Source: a virus
Strand: one strand, 5' to 3'
Length of the DNA: 64,000 bases
IMG/VR virus record: IMGVR_UViG_3300032285_000892
Location: 32,001-96,000 of that record
Positions 20,570-33,000 of the stretch are shown here, in pieces. The position numbers and the translations under genes were made by a program. Position 1 is the first letter of the stretch. Every line of letters begins with the position of its first letter. The notes below the pieces were generated by a model, which ran no database searches, was not told where the DNA came from, and saw only the letters and a list, made by a program, of their open reading frames with translations.

Positions 20570-23500
20570 AATATTAAAAATTGCTGGTGTTAAGGACGAG
20601 AAAGAGTTCTACAAGAAATATCCTACAGAGGAGGCTTTCATGAAGAAGCATGGTCATAAGCTTAAGAAAGCTGTTGGCGGTGCTGAACTTGATGCTATTG
20701 ATTATATGAATAATGGTAGCATGCCTTTTGATAATCCTATTGATATTTCACAAAGTGCATTTGGTGGAATTGATAAGTTCATCAATAGTGATTTTGGTGC
20801 AACAGTAAATAATAAAAAAACTAAAAAAGGTTTTGATTGGAATAAATTAAATCAAATAAGTCCACAGCTAGGAACTATTGTAGGATCTATACAACAGATT
20901 AATCAAGATGAAAAAGATCTTAGGAATGCAGAAATGTATTCTAAGATCAGTGACCTTACACGCTTAGCTGCTTCCTCTAGACCAGAAAGAATACAAAAGA
21001 AATATGTACGTCCTGAAGATCAATTGAGTCAAACAGTTAGTCCTCTAGGTGTTGGTACAGACTATTTACAAGCAGCAAATGGTGCAGAGATTGCAAACTA
21101 TTATAACAGCCCCGATACAATTTATACAGATGGAGGATTTGAACCATTGAATGATAGTAATGTAAAGCAATACAAGAAAGGTGGTAAACTTAAAAAAGCA
21201 GCAAATGGATTTGATTGGTCTTCACTTTCTGGACAAGTAGGAGGTATTGGTGGAGCATTAGGTTCTGCCATAGGTGGAGGGAAAGGTAGAGGTGGAGCAT
21301 ACTCTCAACTTGGTTCTACTGTTGGTAGAGTTGCTGGATCTCTTCTTCCATTCCCAGGAGGAGACGTTCTTGGAGAATTTGCACTTGGAACAGTTGGTGG
21401 TATAATTGATGCTTCTGGTCAAAATAAAATGCAAAAGGCTGAAGATGCAATTAACAATAATTTAAATGCAGGGATTCTTCAATCAGGTGGACAAAATATA
21501 CAATCACAAAATAAGTCATTCATGAAACAAGGTGGATGGGTAAGTAATGATTGGCAGCCACAAGTAATTACAAAGTTTGGTGATCTTGATGTATCTCAAG
21601 TACATTCATTTGCTCATGATGGTATGCCTGAATATCGTGCAGGTGGACATCTTAAAGAATACACTCCTCCTACTGAAAGAGCTATGTATACAGATAGGGC
21701 TGAAGATGGTACACAAATGGCATTTGGTGGAGATGTTCGAGTTGGTAAAGGTTATATGAAACCATTATCAGATGATGTTTATGAAGCAGTTGGACCTTCT
21801 CATAAGAATGGAGGAATGCCTATTGTTAATGGTGATAATGAAGTGGAGATGGAAGGAAAGGAAACTATTAGAAAAACATATGGAGATGGTGGTCCTATGG
21901 ATGATGGGTCTATAACAATCTTTGGAAATAGAGTTATTAATAAACATGCTGCTGACTTTGTAGGAATTGATCCAAACAAGAAATATAAAACACAAAGTAA
22001 AGATATGGCTCTTGATCAAACTAAGTTTGAAAATAAGTCAACAAAGAACTTTGAATTAGCAAATAATATGAAGGCACTTAATAGCATTGATAAAATTGAA
22101 CAACAAACTTTATTACTCAATGGTAAACAATTTGCAAAGAAAGCAGAAGGCATTAAAGATAAATTAACAAAGCTAGCAATATATCAAAATGAAACAGATG
22201 ATATTGCTAAATCTGCAGGATTAGATATTAATGCATTTGATAAAGGTATCATGAAGCCTATTAAGCAAAGTGATAAAGCTGCGTTTGGTGCTAAGATGGA
22301 AACTGCTGCTGATGGTGCTAAGAAGCCTAAGTATGATCCTGAGTTTGAAAACTTCATTGATAAAGCTATGCAATTAGAGCAAGCTAATAGTTCTGCTGCT
22401 GGTGATTATCGTGGAGGTGCTTATAATTATGGAACAGCTAATAGAGATAATGGAGCTTATAATACTCCTGAGAAAGCAAAAGACTTCTACTACAAGAACT
22501 ATTGGTCTAAGGTGAAAGATCTTCCTGCAGGATTAAGAACTCGTGCTTTACAGATGGCTATTAACATGGGTGATCCTTATGGAGAACTTATGGTAGCTGC
22601 TGGTAAAATGAGTCTTGATGAAAGAAGAGGTACTGTAAAAGAACGTAAGGATAAAAGTATTACAGGCAATAAAGCTTGGGAAGCTAATAAAGCTGATATC
22701 ATTAAAGCATATAATGAAGATCCTCAAGGTTTCTTAGGTAAGTTAGATACTGAGCAAAATAGATATTATGATAGCTACATTGCTAATAATCCTTCTGATA
22801 TTAATAAAGATACACGTAAAGAGTTTTTTGATGACTATACAGGACTAGCACGTTTTGCTTCTCAAGATTATATACCTTCTAAGAATATAACTCCTATTGC
22901 TCAACCAGCTGCTGTCACTCCTATTAGTAGAACAAATACTCCTCCACCTATTCAATTAGGAGATTTTGAGGATCCAGGAATGCTACAACAGTTAATCCCT
23001 GAAACAAGATCTAATTCATTTATTCCAGCACCATCAAGAGTTCCTGTATCTGATCTTCCTACTTATGATACTACAGGATTACAACAAGGTATGATTCCTG
23101 AAGGGTCACGTAATGGATATATTCCTAATCTAGCAGATCAAATTTCTAAAGCTAGGTATGACCAAAGTGCTCAGAATACTACAATGCTAGATGATGTAAA
23201 AGTTGTAGCACCAATGGGCACAAGTGCACAATTTCCATCTCCTACAGATGAGGAAGGTAACTACTATATGCCTATAAGTGAACCCAATGGTTCTGGATTA
23301 GTTGATCCTAGAAATGCTGGATGGGATGGTACTGATGAATATCAATATAAATACCCATCTAATGATTCTAATCAAAAGCCTACTGTTCCTACTTCTAAAA
23401 CTAATAATTGGGGAAATGTATTAAATTCTGCATTATCTTCAGTGGCACCGTTCTTCCGTCCAGGTGTAGGTAAACCTTTGGATCCTTCACAATTAATGGG

Positions 23501-24173
23501 AGAAATGTATGCATTAGGTAATAATCAAATTGAGCCAGTACAAGCTCAATTATATAGCCCAATGTTACAAGCTCAACCATATAGAGTTAGCTTGCAAGAT
23601 CAATTAAATGAGGTGACAGCACAAACACGTGCTGCTGAGAGAATGGCACAAGGCAATCCTTCAGCATTAGCAATGATTGCTGCTCAAGGAGAACAAGCTA
23701 AGAGTAAGATATTAGGTGAGCAGTTCAGAATGAACCAAGCAGAATCATCTCGTGCTGCTGAAACTAATCGTGCACAATGGAATGATGCTCAACAAAAAAA
23801 CTTAGGAATCTTAGATCAACAATACGCAAGACAAGAAGAGTCTAAGAGTAAAACTAAAGCTCAAACAATTGAAGCATTGAAATCTATTTCTACTAAACAA
23901 GCTCAGAATAAGTATGAGAACTTGCAAGGAAACATTGCTGCAAACATGTACAACTATAGATTTACTCCTGAAGGTGTAGCATATAACTTAAATCCTCCTG
24001 CACAATTTAATCCGTATGGTGGTGTTGGTAAAACTGGAAAAGGTCAAATTCCTGAAGGCATGTCTCCGACTTGGGAATCAGATGATTCTGGAAATCCAGT
24101 ATTAAGTGGATACAAGAAAAAGAAAGAAACTGCTAGAAATGGTTCTCTTGTTAAAGCATTTAAAAATCTATAA
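20559..24173 (+). CDS. crAss-like cargo protein 1-type protein with an inserted GH108-like muramidase domain
   Basis: Conserved-looking GPSHKNGG..EVEMEGKE motif and a Gly-rich hydrophobic segment. The insert LEQ..D.RGG.YNYG..TPEKAKDFYYKNYW..LPAGL..AINMG follows the GH108 pattern. Confidence 0.65.
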   Translation: MKAKILKIAGVKDEKEFYKKYPTEEAFMKKHGHKLKKAVGGAELDAIDYMNNGSMPFDNPIDISQSAFGGIDKFINSDFGATVNNKKTKKGFDWNKLNQISPQLGTIVGSIQQINQDEKDLRNAEMYSKISDLTRLAASSRPERIQKKYVRPEDQLSQTVSPLGVGTDYLQAANGAEIANYYNSPDTIYTDGGFEPLNDSNVKQYKKGGKLKKAANGFDWSSLSGQVGGIGGALGSAIGGGKGRGGAYSQLGSTVGRVAGSLLPFPGGDVLGEFALGTVGGIIDASGQNKMQKAEDAINNNLNAGILQSGGQNIQSQNKSFMKQGGWVSNDWQPQVITKFGDLDVSQVHSFAHDGMPEYRAGGHLKEYTPPTERAMYTDRAEDGTQMAFGGDVRVGKGYMKPLSDDVYEAVGPSHKNGGMPIVNGDNEVEMEGKETIRKTYGDGGPMDDGSITIFGNRVINKHAADFVGIDPNKKYKTQSKDMALDQTKFENKSTKNFELANNMKALNSIDKIEQQTLLLNGKQFAKKAEGIKDKLTKLAIYQNETDDIAKSAGLDINAFDKGIMKPIKQSDKAAFGAKMETAADGAKKPKYDPEFENFIDKAMQLEQANSSAAGDYRGGAYNYGTANRDNGAYNTPEKAKDFYYKNYWSKVKDLPAGLRTRALQMAINMGDPYGELMVAAGKMSLDERRGTVKERKDKSITGNKAWEANKADIIKAYNEDPQGFLGKLDTEQNRYYDSYIANNPSDINKDTRKEFFDDYTGLARFASQDYIPSKNITPIAQPAAVTPISRTNTPPPIQLGDFEDPGMLQQLIPETRSNSFIPAPSRVPVSDLPTYDTTGLQQGMIPEGSRNGYIPNLADQISKARYDQSAQNTTMLDDVKVVAPMGTSAQFPSPTDEEGNYYMPISEPNGSGLVDPRNAGWDGTDEYQYKYPSNDSNQKPTVPTSKTNNWGNVLNSALSSVAPFFRPGVGKPLDPSQLMGEMYALGNNQIEPVQAQLYSPMLQAQPYRVSLQDQLNEVTAQTRAAERMAQGNPSALAMIAAQGEQAKSKILGEQFRMNQAESSRAAETNRAQWNDAQQKNLGILDQQYARQEESKSKTKAQTIEALKSISTKQAQNKYENLQGNIAANMYNYRFTPEGVAYNLNPPAQFNPYGGVGKTGKGQIPEGMSPTWESDDSGNPVLSGYKKKKETARNGSLVKAFKNL

Positions 24174-24215
24174 CTGAATTGATTATACAAGATTACTAAG
24201 TTTTGTTAGTCTTCA

Positions 24216-24245
24216 TTGTATATGTAATATTTTAAATTATATTTG
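24216..24245 (+). promoter_or_regulatory. Bacteroidota-type promoter (TTG-N19-TATATTTG) upstream of the cargo/RNAP genes
   Basis: Exact TAnnTTTG at 24238-24245, TTG at 24216-24218, ATG 16 nt downstream. Confidence 0.65.
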
Positions 24246-24261
24246 TTAATTATACTAACTC

Positions 24262-27063
24262 ATGGCTTCATTTACAGATTCCATATCGCAATTCAACCCC
24301 TACATACAACAGCTTCCTGTTGATATGATGACAAAGGTGGGCATGTATAAACAAGCTCAGTACGATCAGGGTGTGCAAAAAATTCAAGGATATATTGATA
24401 ACATCTCAGGATTAGATATTTCTAGACCTATTGATTCTCAATACTTAAATTCTAAGCTTAATGAATTAGGCGGTAAATTAAGAACAGTTGCTGCTGGAGA
24501 TTTTTCAAATCAGCAATTAGTCAACTCTGTTGGTGGTATGGCCGCACAGGTTATTAAAGATCCTCATATTCAATCTGCTGTATATTCAACTTCTAATATT
24601 AAAAAACAAGAAGAGGTAATGGATAAAGCTAGACAGAAAGGTGAACTAGCTCCAGAGAATGAAGACTTATATAATACAGAAAGAAACAAGTATTTAAATT
24701 CTACAGATTTAGGTGCAAAGTTTGATGGTAAATATATTCCTTATGTAGATGTATATAAGATCTTAAAAGAAGTTGCTGCAGATACAGGCATTGATGAGAG
24801 CATTATTCCACAGTTATTTGAAACAGATCGTAAAGGTGAGCTTGTAATGCAAAAGGTTAAGCAAGCTGATGGTAGTATTAAAGAACAACCCATCATGAAT
24901 CCTTTAATGGCAGAGAAACATCTTAAAGGTAAGTCTCCTGAGAAGATCTATCAAGCATTTGAGAACGCATTAACTCCTGCTGCAAGAAGACAATTAGCTA
25001 TTACAGGTATATATAAAAACAAAAGTTTAACTCCTGAACAACTTGTTCCTAGAGCTGCTGTTAAATACAATAAACATATTCAAGAAGTTTCATCTGAGAT
25101 TGATCAAATCAAACTAGCATTATATAATGAGGATAATGGTGATGATAAAAACTTAACAAAAGTACAAGATCTTGCTGAAGCATATCAGAATAGTAATAAG
25201 GTATTAGATAAACTTATTAGTGAAAGAGATAAAAATACTAACATTGATTATGTTACTAAAAATGCTGATGCTGTAAGAGCTGATCTTTATAGCACTGATT
25301 ATCTACAAGGCATTGCTAATCAAATGAAGAGTGTTGCTTCATGGACTGAATACAAAGTTAGTCCATTGCATACTATTCAAAACGATAATGATAACTTAGC
25401 TTTAAGAATTGAAGAAAAAGAAATAAGTATTAATCAATTCAATTACAAAAAACGTAGAGATATAATTGCTGATGAAAAATGGGCAGCAGAATATTATGCT
25501 AAGACTGGAATGACTCCTGATCAAGCAGCAAGACAAGCTGCAGGATTAGGTGCGCCAGGTACTATTTCAAAACCTTTAGTTATTGAAGGAAATGAAATTG
25601 GTATCAAACATGATTTTGAAAATGATTTTACAAATGATGTAGTTGCAACAAATCAACTTGGTTTACAATTAACAAAAGAATTTTATAAACAAGCTTTTCC
25701 TAATTTAAGTGATTCAGAAGTAGATAAAAAGATGTATAAAGATGCTGCTGCATCTGGTCAATCACTTGATCCAAATTCTGGAAAACAAAATTCCATGACT
25801 ACTTTTTATGCTAATAAAATGTTAGCTAAGTGGCAAAATCAAAAAGGAGGTATTCCTAAGAACATGCTTGAGTCAGTAAATGACTATAGTCAATTAGTTA
25901 AATCAGTTGCTGACAAAGGTAATTATATTCGAACTGTAGAAAAAAGAGCTCTTGAAGAAGCCAAGGCGTCAGGTATTGATGTTGAAAGTTATAAAAATGC
26001 AATAGCTACTGTAAAGCCTGCTATTATGAAAATAATTGATCCTAGTATTCCTCAAACAGGTATTGCAAAACGTAATAAATCTGTTGCATTGAGTAAAGAA
26101 GATGTAATAGATTTTACTAGAATAATTCCAGAACGCTTTAATGAGCTTGGTTCATTTACAATAGATGATGATCAAGAATCTGCTAAGAGACAAGCAATAA
26201 ATAGATTAAAGTTAAAGTTTGGAGATTTAGTTTTTTATCAATTAGCAGAAGATTTAACTGGTAAAAACTTTGATCCTAATTTTAAAGAACGTCTTAAATT
26301 TAATAAAGTTGCACTACAGTCAGGAGCCAATCCTGAAATAGATAGAGTAGGAGAGATATTACATGGTTCAAAAAATCTAGCTATATCAAAAATAATAGGA
26401 TCTACTTATGCTAAAGATGGTTACGTACCAGTCCCTGTATCTCATCCTATATTATCAGGTAAAGATAATGAAGGTGTTGTAACTGCTAAGCAAGCTGCTA
26501 TTATTGGTAAGTATCCAGAAGCTAATGAAATAGAAGGATATGATCAAGCAAAATATAATGAAGTGTTAGGTGGAAAAATAACAGGACGTTATGTAGATAT
26601 TAATATGGTGGGGGGAGTTCCTCAATATGATATGGTAACTGTTTCTGATAAAGGAACTGCTAAAGTTAGAATCAGTGCTGACGACTATGCATCATTAGGA
26701 TATAAGCCTTATAATAAAAATGAGACTCCTACAATGTTCCTTAATCTAAATGCTACTGGAACAACTAATAAGAAACCTTCATCAGATGCTCGTACAGATC
26801 GTACTACTGCAGAGTGGGGAGTTAGTCAATTTAAAAGAACAAAGAAATGGGATGTTGCTGGAGATATAGTTTCAGAACCAAGAAATCCTAATCTTGCTTA
26901 TGTAAAGTTATATGTATCAAAAAAAGGAAGTAATGAGGTCACTCCATATTTTATTCCAGTACAAAAGATTATAGATGGTAAATTAAATGTTGATTTGGTT
27001 AATACACCATTAACAATCACAGATGATTTTATTGATAACTTAGTAAAACAAAATAACAAGTAA
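24262..27063 (+). CDS. Ejected cargo protein preceding the virion RNAP
   Basis: 933 aa, helical composition, N-terminus FNPYIQQLP..KQAQYDQG. Its stop overlaps the RNAP start (TAATG). Confidence 0.6.
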   Translation: MASFTDSISQFNPYIQQLPVDMMTKVGMYKQAQYDQGVQKIQGYIDNISGLDISRPIDSQYLNSKLNELGGKLRTVAAGDFSNQQLVNSVGGMAAQVIKDPHIQSAVYSTSNIKKQEEVMDKARQKGELAPENEDLYNTERNKYLNSTDLGAKFDGKYIPYVDVYKILKEVAADTGIDESIIPQLFETDRKGELVMQKVKQADGSIKEQPIMNPLMAEKHLKGKSPEKIYQAFENALTPAARRQLAITGIYKNKSLTPEQLVPRAAVKYNKHIQEVSSEIDQIKLALYNEDNGDDKNLTKVQDLAEAYQNSNKVLDKLISERDKNTNIDYVTKNADAVRADLYSTDYLQGIANQMKSVASWTEYKVSPLHTIQNDNDNLALRIEEKEISINQFNYKKRRDIIADEKWAAEYYAKTGMTPDQAARQAAGLGAPGTISKPLVIEGNEIGIKHDFENDFTNDVVATNQLGLQLTKEFYKQAFPNLSDSEVDKKMYKDAAASGQSLDPNSGKQNSMTTFYANKMLAKWQNQKGGIPKNMLESVNDYSQLVKSVADKGNYIRTVEKRALEEAKASGIDVESYKNAIATVKPAIMKIIDPSIPQTGIAKRNKSVALSKEDVIDFTRIIPERFNELGSFTIDDDQESAKRQAINRLKLKFGDLVFYQLAEDLTGKNFDPNFKERLKFNKVALQSGANPEIDRVGEILHGSKNLAISKIIGSTYAKDGYVPVPVSHPILSGKDNEGVVTAKQAAIIGKYPEANEIEGYDQAKYNEVLGGKITGRYVDINMVGGVPQYDMVTVSDKGTAKVRISADDYASLGYKPYNKNETPTMFLNLNATGTTNKKPSSDARTDRTTAEWGVSQFKRTKKWDVAGDIVSEPRNPNLAYVKLYVSKKGSNEVTPYFIPVQKIIDGKLNVDLVNTPLTITDDFIDNLVKQNNK

Positions 27064-30000
27064 TGGCAGATCAATTACCAGAGCAATTAAAACCTGTAAA
27101 CTTAGCGGCATACATGCCTAGTAGAGTACCAGATCTTTCTGCACTAGTACAGAGTGGTAATGTTGGTGGAGGTGAGCCAGATTTAGATATTGCAAGTCAG
27201 TTTCAATCTCTTATATCTCAAAACTCTAGCAAAGGTAATCCTCTGCCTGTGGTCTCTGGTGGTGATGTAGATTTTTCTGGTCGTTACCCATTGTTCTATA
27301 CAGATAGAGACAATGAAGAAATGTATGCTCAAGCTCAAAGCTTTGGTGAAAAAGCATACAATGGTATTGCTAAGTTTACTGGTGTCACTACAGCAGCATT
27401 TCTTAATGGTACTGTTGGAGTAGTTGATGGTATATATAGTGCTATACATGATTGGGATGCTTCTAAGTTTTGGAAGAATGATACATCTATAGCTCTAAAT
27501 GATTGGACTAAGAATATGGAAGATTCTTACGCACATTATAAAACATTGCGTGAGAGAAACGGTAACTGGTGGGAGCCTGAGAATTTATTCACAGGTAATA
27601 TGTTCTTTGATAATATTGTAAAGAATTTAGGATACACTGTAGGTTCTATGGGAGCTGGAGTTGTCTGGGGAGGAGCATTGGGTCTTATTGGTAAAGCTGC
27701 AAAGTTATCTGCATATGGTACTGAAGCTGCTTCTATAGCAGATAGTATTATTGCTGAAGGTGCTATGACAGGAGATGCAGCATCTATTGCTTCTAGTTCA
27801 GCCAAACTTGATGGAGCATTATCTAGTTTCCAAGCTAAGCTTGGTAAAGCTATGTTAGGATCAAATAGAGCAATAGTTGCTGCTACAGGTACTGCTGGTG
27901 AAGCAGGCTTTGAAGCATTGAATAACTCTCAAGAATTCAGACAAAGAATGATTGATCAATTTAAAGCTACTCATGGTTATTCTCCTACAGAAGAAGATTT
28001 AAAAACAATTGATCAGTATGCTACTAGTGTTGGTAACTATAGCTGGTTAGCTAATTCAGCTTTGTTAACTGCTACTAACTATATCCAACTTCCTAAGATA
28101 TTCTCATCTACATTCAAAGGTGAAAGATCTATTGCCAACACAATGCTCAGTGAAGGTAAGTGGGTATCTTCTTTAGCTGATAAAGGTATTGGAAAGTTTG
28201 CAACTAAGGCAAAGAACGTTGCTGGTTTATTCTTTGCTAAATCAGAAGCATTTGAAGAAGGTGCACAGTTTGCTATTCAAACTGGTACACAAAATTACTT
28301 TGATAAAAAATACAAAGGTGAAGGTGCATCTATTCTTAATGATGCAATTGGACATGGTATTAAAGAAGCAGTAAGCACAGATGAAGGTTTATTAAATATC
28401 TTTCTTGGTGGTTTCTCTGGAGGTATGTCCATGGCTTATGGTAATATCAAACAAAGAGGAGTAACAGGATATGGTGGTCAAGAAGCTAAACTTAGAAACG
28501 AAGCTCTTGGTGCTTGGAAAGATTCAATGCTTACTGATAAACTTAAAGCATCTGTCAATGATATCAGGATTGCTGAAGCTGTACAAGAAGAAAGGAAGCA
28601 GGCTATTATTGATAACGACATTCAATTAGCTAAAGATAAAGAGTTTGATTACGCACATACATTTATCAGATCTCGTTTGAGATATGGTGCTAAAGAAGCT
28701 ATCGATGCAGAAATTGCTGACTTAAAGCAACGTGCTATAACTGATTTCATCAAGTTACAGACAGAAGGTATAGCTGCTAATACAGATACAAAAGAAGCAT
28801 TCTTAAATCGTTTAGAAACAGTTCAGCAACAAGCTAATGATGCTGCTAAGTTAAAAGAAGCTCTTGATGTTAAATACAAAGGCATTGTTGATCCTACTAC
28901 AGGCAAACGTGCATACTCAGATGCTACTCTTGAGAAGTTATTATATGCTGGATCTAAGATCTCAGATTACAATAGACGTATCCCTCAACTAGATCAATCA
29001 TTAGCTTCTTATGGAATCAGTACAACTGATGCATTAACTGAAGTGGTAGATACAGGAACTCTTTCTAAGGAAACTCAGGATGAGGTAATGAATGCTATTC
29101 AATCATTAACTAAATCTGGTATAGATTCTGATATTCAAGATACACTTACTACAGACTTCAACGACATGATGAAGCTTGGTGTATTAAGAAAGAAGTTCTT
29201 AGAAGAATACAACAACCTTAAAACTACTCCTGAGAAGTTTGATAAACTAGATGAGAAGGCTGAAGAAGATAATAAGCCAGTAGATGAGAATGCTCCTAAA
29301 GAAGTTGTAACATACAAGAACGAAGAAGGAGAAGATGCTACACTTGATACTAATGAAGAGTATTACATTGGTACAGAAGCTAAGAACCGTAAAGATAAAA
29401 CTGTTTATAGCTTCAAGAAGTTTACAGTATTGGGTGAGAATGAAGACGGTACCATTAAGGTTAAGACTGACGAAGGCGAAATAAAAAGTATTGACAAATC
29501 TTGGTTTACTGATAATGGTAAATACTTAGGTAAGACTAGTGATGTTAAAGCTGATCCAAAGAAAAGATTCTTTTTAAATAATAGAAACACTGTTTACACT
29601 TTTAACTTTGGTAAAGATAAAGGTGGAGAAGTAAATGGACGATTGAGATATTCTGAGAAAGAAGGAGTATTAGAATTTGTTTATCTAGATAAGAAAGGAA
29701 AAGAAAGATCTCTTGAAGTTACAGGTGATCAGTTTACACCTAAGCCAGGATATAAGCAAGCAATCATTCGTGCAACAGCAGTAATGTCCCCATTACAAAA
29801 AGCTTCAGAAGAAGAGTTCATTGCAGATTCTAAAAACGATCCTCGTGTATTAGAAAAAATTGCAAAACGTGCTGCCTTGTTAGAGACATTCTTTGATGAG
29901 ATGGCTGAGAATCTTGCTAAGACTAAACGTATGGTTGAGTCTAAGAAAAGAGAACTCAACAAAACAGTAGAGAAGATCAAAGGTTTAAGAAAAACAGTGG

Positions 30001-33000
30001 AGGGCCCTGAGGCAATCACTGCTAAAACTAAACGGATTAAAGCTACTGTTCACACTGCTATTCAAAACATTGCATCCTTAACAAAGATGCAAGATCAGTT
30101 AAATGACGAGATCAAAAGTCTTGAAGCAGAACAAGAGCAATTAGAAATCAATCTTGAGTATGTAACTGACTTAGCTTCTAGGTTAGATGAAATGCCAGCA
30201 GATCTTACTAAGTTCTATGCTGTTGTTAGACAAGAACGCAATGCATTAAAAGAAACCATATTAGAAAAAGGTAAGTTGATGAACGCTCTCCATAGAGTTA
30301 TGGAGAACTTAGAATCTGCTCTTCAAAGCTTGATTAATCAAGTGATGGATTTGATTGGTGGTTTTGAAACTAAGTATCCTGGCTTACCAATGAGTGCAAG
30401 TCAGATCAGTGAGTTCTTAACATACTTTAAAGGTAAGCCTTGGGAAAGACCTTCCTTCATGAGCGTACATCCTGAGCTTATTCCTGACTTACAAGAACTA
30501 GATGCAGAGGTTGCACAAATTGATGAGATACAGATTACTCCTAAACAAGCTGCTATTGATAAAACATTAGAAGACATTATTACTTTAGAAGAGGAACTCA
30601 CTCAATTAGATAAACAATTAAAAGCTGTTAGTGAAGTAGATACAAGACTTAGAAAGATCTATGATGAGTATGTAGCTGGAATAAAGGAGACTGAAGACAT
30701 CAAGAAAAACAAGGAGTTAAAAGAACAGGCTTTAGGAACTATTGATAATAGTTTAGCTAATGTTCAATATGATAGAGCGTATAACCCTAGTAGTAAAAAA
30801 GCTACTGCAGTTATTCCTAATGCTACAATTGCTCCTTCTGAAGAATCTGAAGGTAAGCCATTAGCTGAACATCATTTACGTGCTAACTTGTTTGGTGCTA
30901 AGCTAGAAAATCTTCCTAATAGAGGAAACATTCAAGCTGTATATGTAACTAAAGGTAATGAAGCTGAGTTAGGATTACCTGGCTTAATGGATGATCTTAA
31001 AGGAGACGCTGAAGGATTCTCTTCTAGTGATACTATTGCAATTGTAATGGTACAGATGGTAGATGGTAAACCACGTCCTGTAGGAATTGATGGTGAAGTA
31101 TTAGAAACTCCTAGCTTTGAGAATGCTATCTTCCAAGTAAAACCCACTGCTGAAAAGCTTGGTGATTTGTTTAGAGATGAGAAAGAAGGTGGCCCAACTA
31201 AAGATCAAAAGGATTTTATTGTTAATGAATACAGAGCTTGGAGAAAAGAAACTTTAGCAAATCCTTCATTAACTGCTTATCCTGTTGATGCATCGTTTGG
31301 TATTCCTGTACGTGAATCTTCATTAGATAGTGAACAAAACAAAGTGATTGATTACACTGCTTCTACAGACGTAGTGTCTGCAGGACTTGTTGCTTCTAAT
31401 GATAAGAAGAATGATCTTTCTACTAAGCAATTAGTCACTGTACCTACAACAGAAGGCACGTTAAACCAAGGAACAACTAGCTATGCTAATCCAGTTGGTA
31501 GACCATTCTTGACTCTACCTAATGGTAATGTACCATTGAAAAATAGAAACCTTACTAAGGCTGAAGCTGAGACAATCTATCAAGCTCTATTAAGACTTGC
31601 TATGCTTAAAAACTTCAAGTCTGATGAGGCTGTTAGATTAATGGACTGGTTGAGAACTATTGTATATTGGGGAGTTCCTAAAAACAATCCAGGATACAGC
31701 AGCTTATTCTTTAATGTTAAAGAAGATGGTACGTTAGCATTGTTTATCTCTGGTAAGGGAACAAACATTCCTTTCACTACATCTTCTATCAAATCTAATA
31801 AAGATAATCTATTAACTCTTCTAGGAGGTATGTATAACAATACCAATTCTAGATTAGTAGATAATGAAGAAGACTATAGAAAACCTTATGAGGAGATTGT
31901 ATCTGTCTCTGAGGATGGCACTGTTCAATCTGTAACATGGAAGAACTACCAAACCTATCTATTGTCTCCTAAGAATCCTGATGGATCAATTCGTAAGAAT
32001 ATTCCTCTAACAGTAGCAATGCATCCTATCACAGGAGAGAATGATACAAACAGAGAAGGTATTTACTTTATTGTAAATAGTAATGCTGATAGATATGCTA
32101 TTCCTGATGTTCCTGCTGTATCGGCAGCACTAACTCCTATTGCTTCTACAAGAGTACTAGGTGCAACACCAGTTGCACAACAAGCACCTGCACCAGCTGC
32201 ACAACCTGCTACTCAATACAAGTTTGATGGTGAAACAGAGAACACAGCAATGGTTCATGGCAAGCCTGTTAAGTTTATTATAGATGCGGCTAAGTTTGAT
32301 GATGAAGGATTTGTTAGTTTAGATATTGATAAGTCTGCTGCTGTAGCTATTGGTAAAGCTATTGGCTCACAAGATGCTGATGAAATTGAGGCAGAAGCTG
32401 GTAATACAATCTATGCTGCTATCTATAAAGAATTAAAAGCTGCACAAGCTCCTGCTCCTGTAGTATCTACACCAGTTGCTGATGTAGCAGCTGCACCAGT
32501 TGTACAAACACCTGCTGCTTCTACAGATGCTAGTGCTGATACAATGGCTAAGATTAAAGCTATGCAGGGTGGAGCTATTCCTAATGAGTTCCGTGTAGCT
32601 ATTAATAACTCTAATCAGAAAAGATTTGAGAGAGAAGATTGGAAGAAGTTTGAGAACTGGTTAAAGACTACGTTCCCTAATGTTCCTGTGTATCGTGTTA
32701 AGAATGTAATTCAAGCAACTAATGGTCAACAGGCTTGGGGTATGTTTAAGAATGGTGCCATCTATGTATATGAGAATGCTGAGGTTGGTACAGGATACCA
32801 TGAAGTATTTGAGGCTGTATGGAAGATGTTCTCTGATAAAGATGAACGTGCTAATGTAATTAACGAATTCAAACAAAGAAGTGGAACATTCACTGATCGT
32901 CCTAGTGGAAGAACAGTTAACTATAAAGATGCTACAGATCAAGAGATCAAAGAACAATTAGCTGAAGAGTTTAGAGATTATGTATTAAAAGGTAAGATAC

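Noticed and set aside
19850-21230. Resemblance of QFxxGG / KKGG..ANG to the ribosomal L27 N-terminus cleaved by Prp protease
   Set aside because: The similarity covers only a few residues, no Prp homologue is in the window, and that L27 extension is a Firmicutes-type feature. It is kept only as part of the general motif finding.
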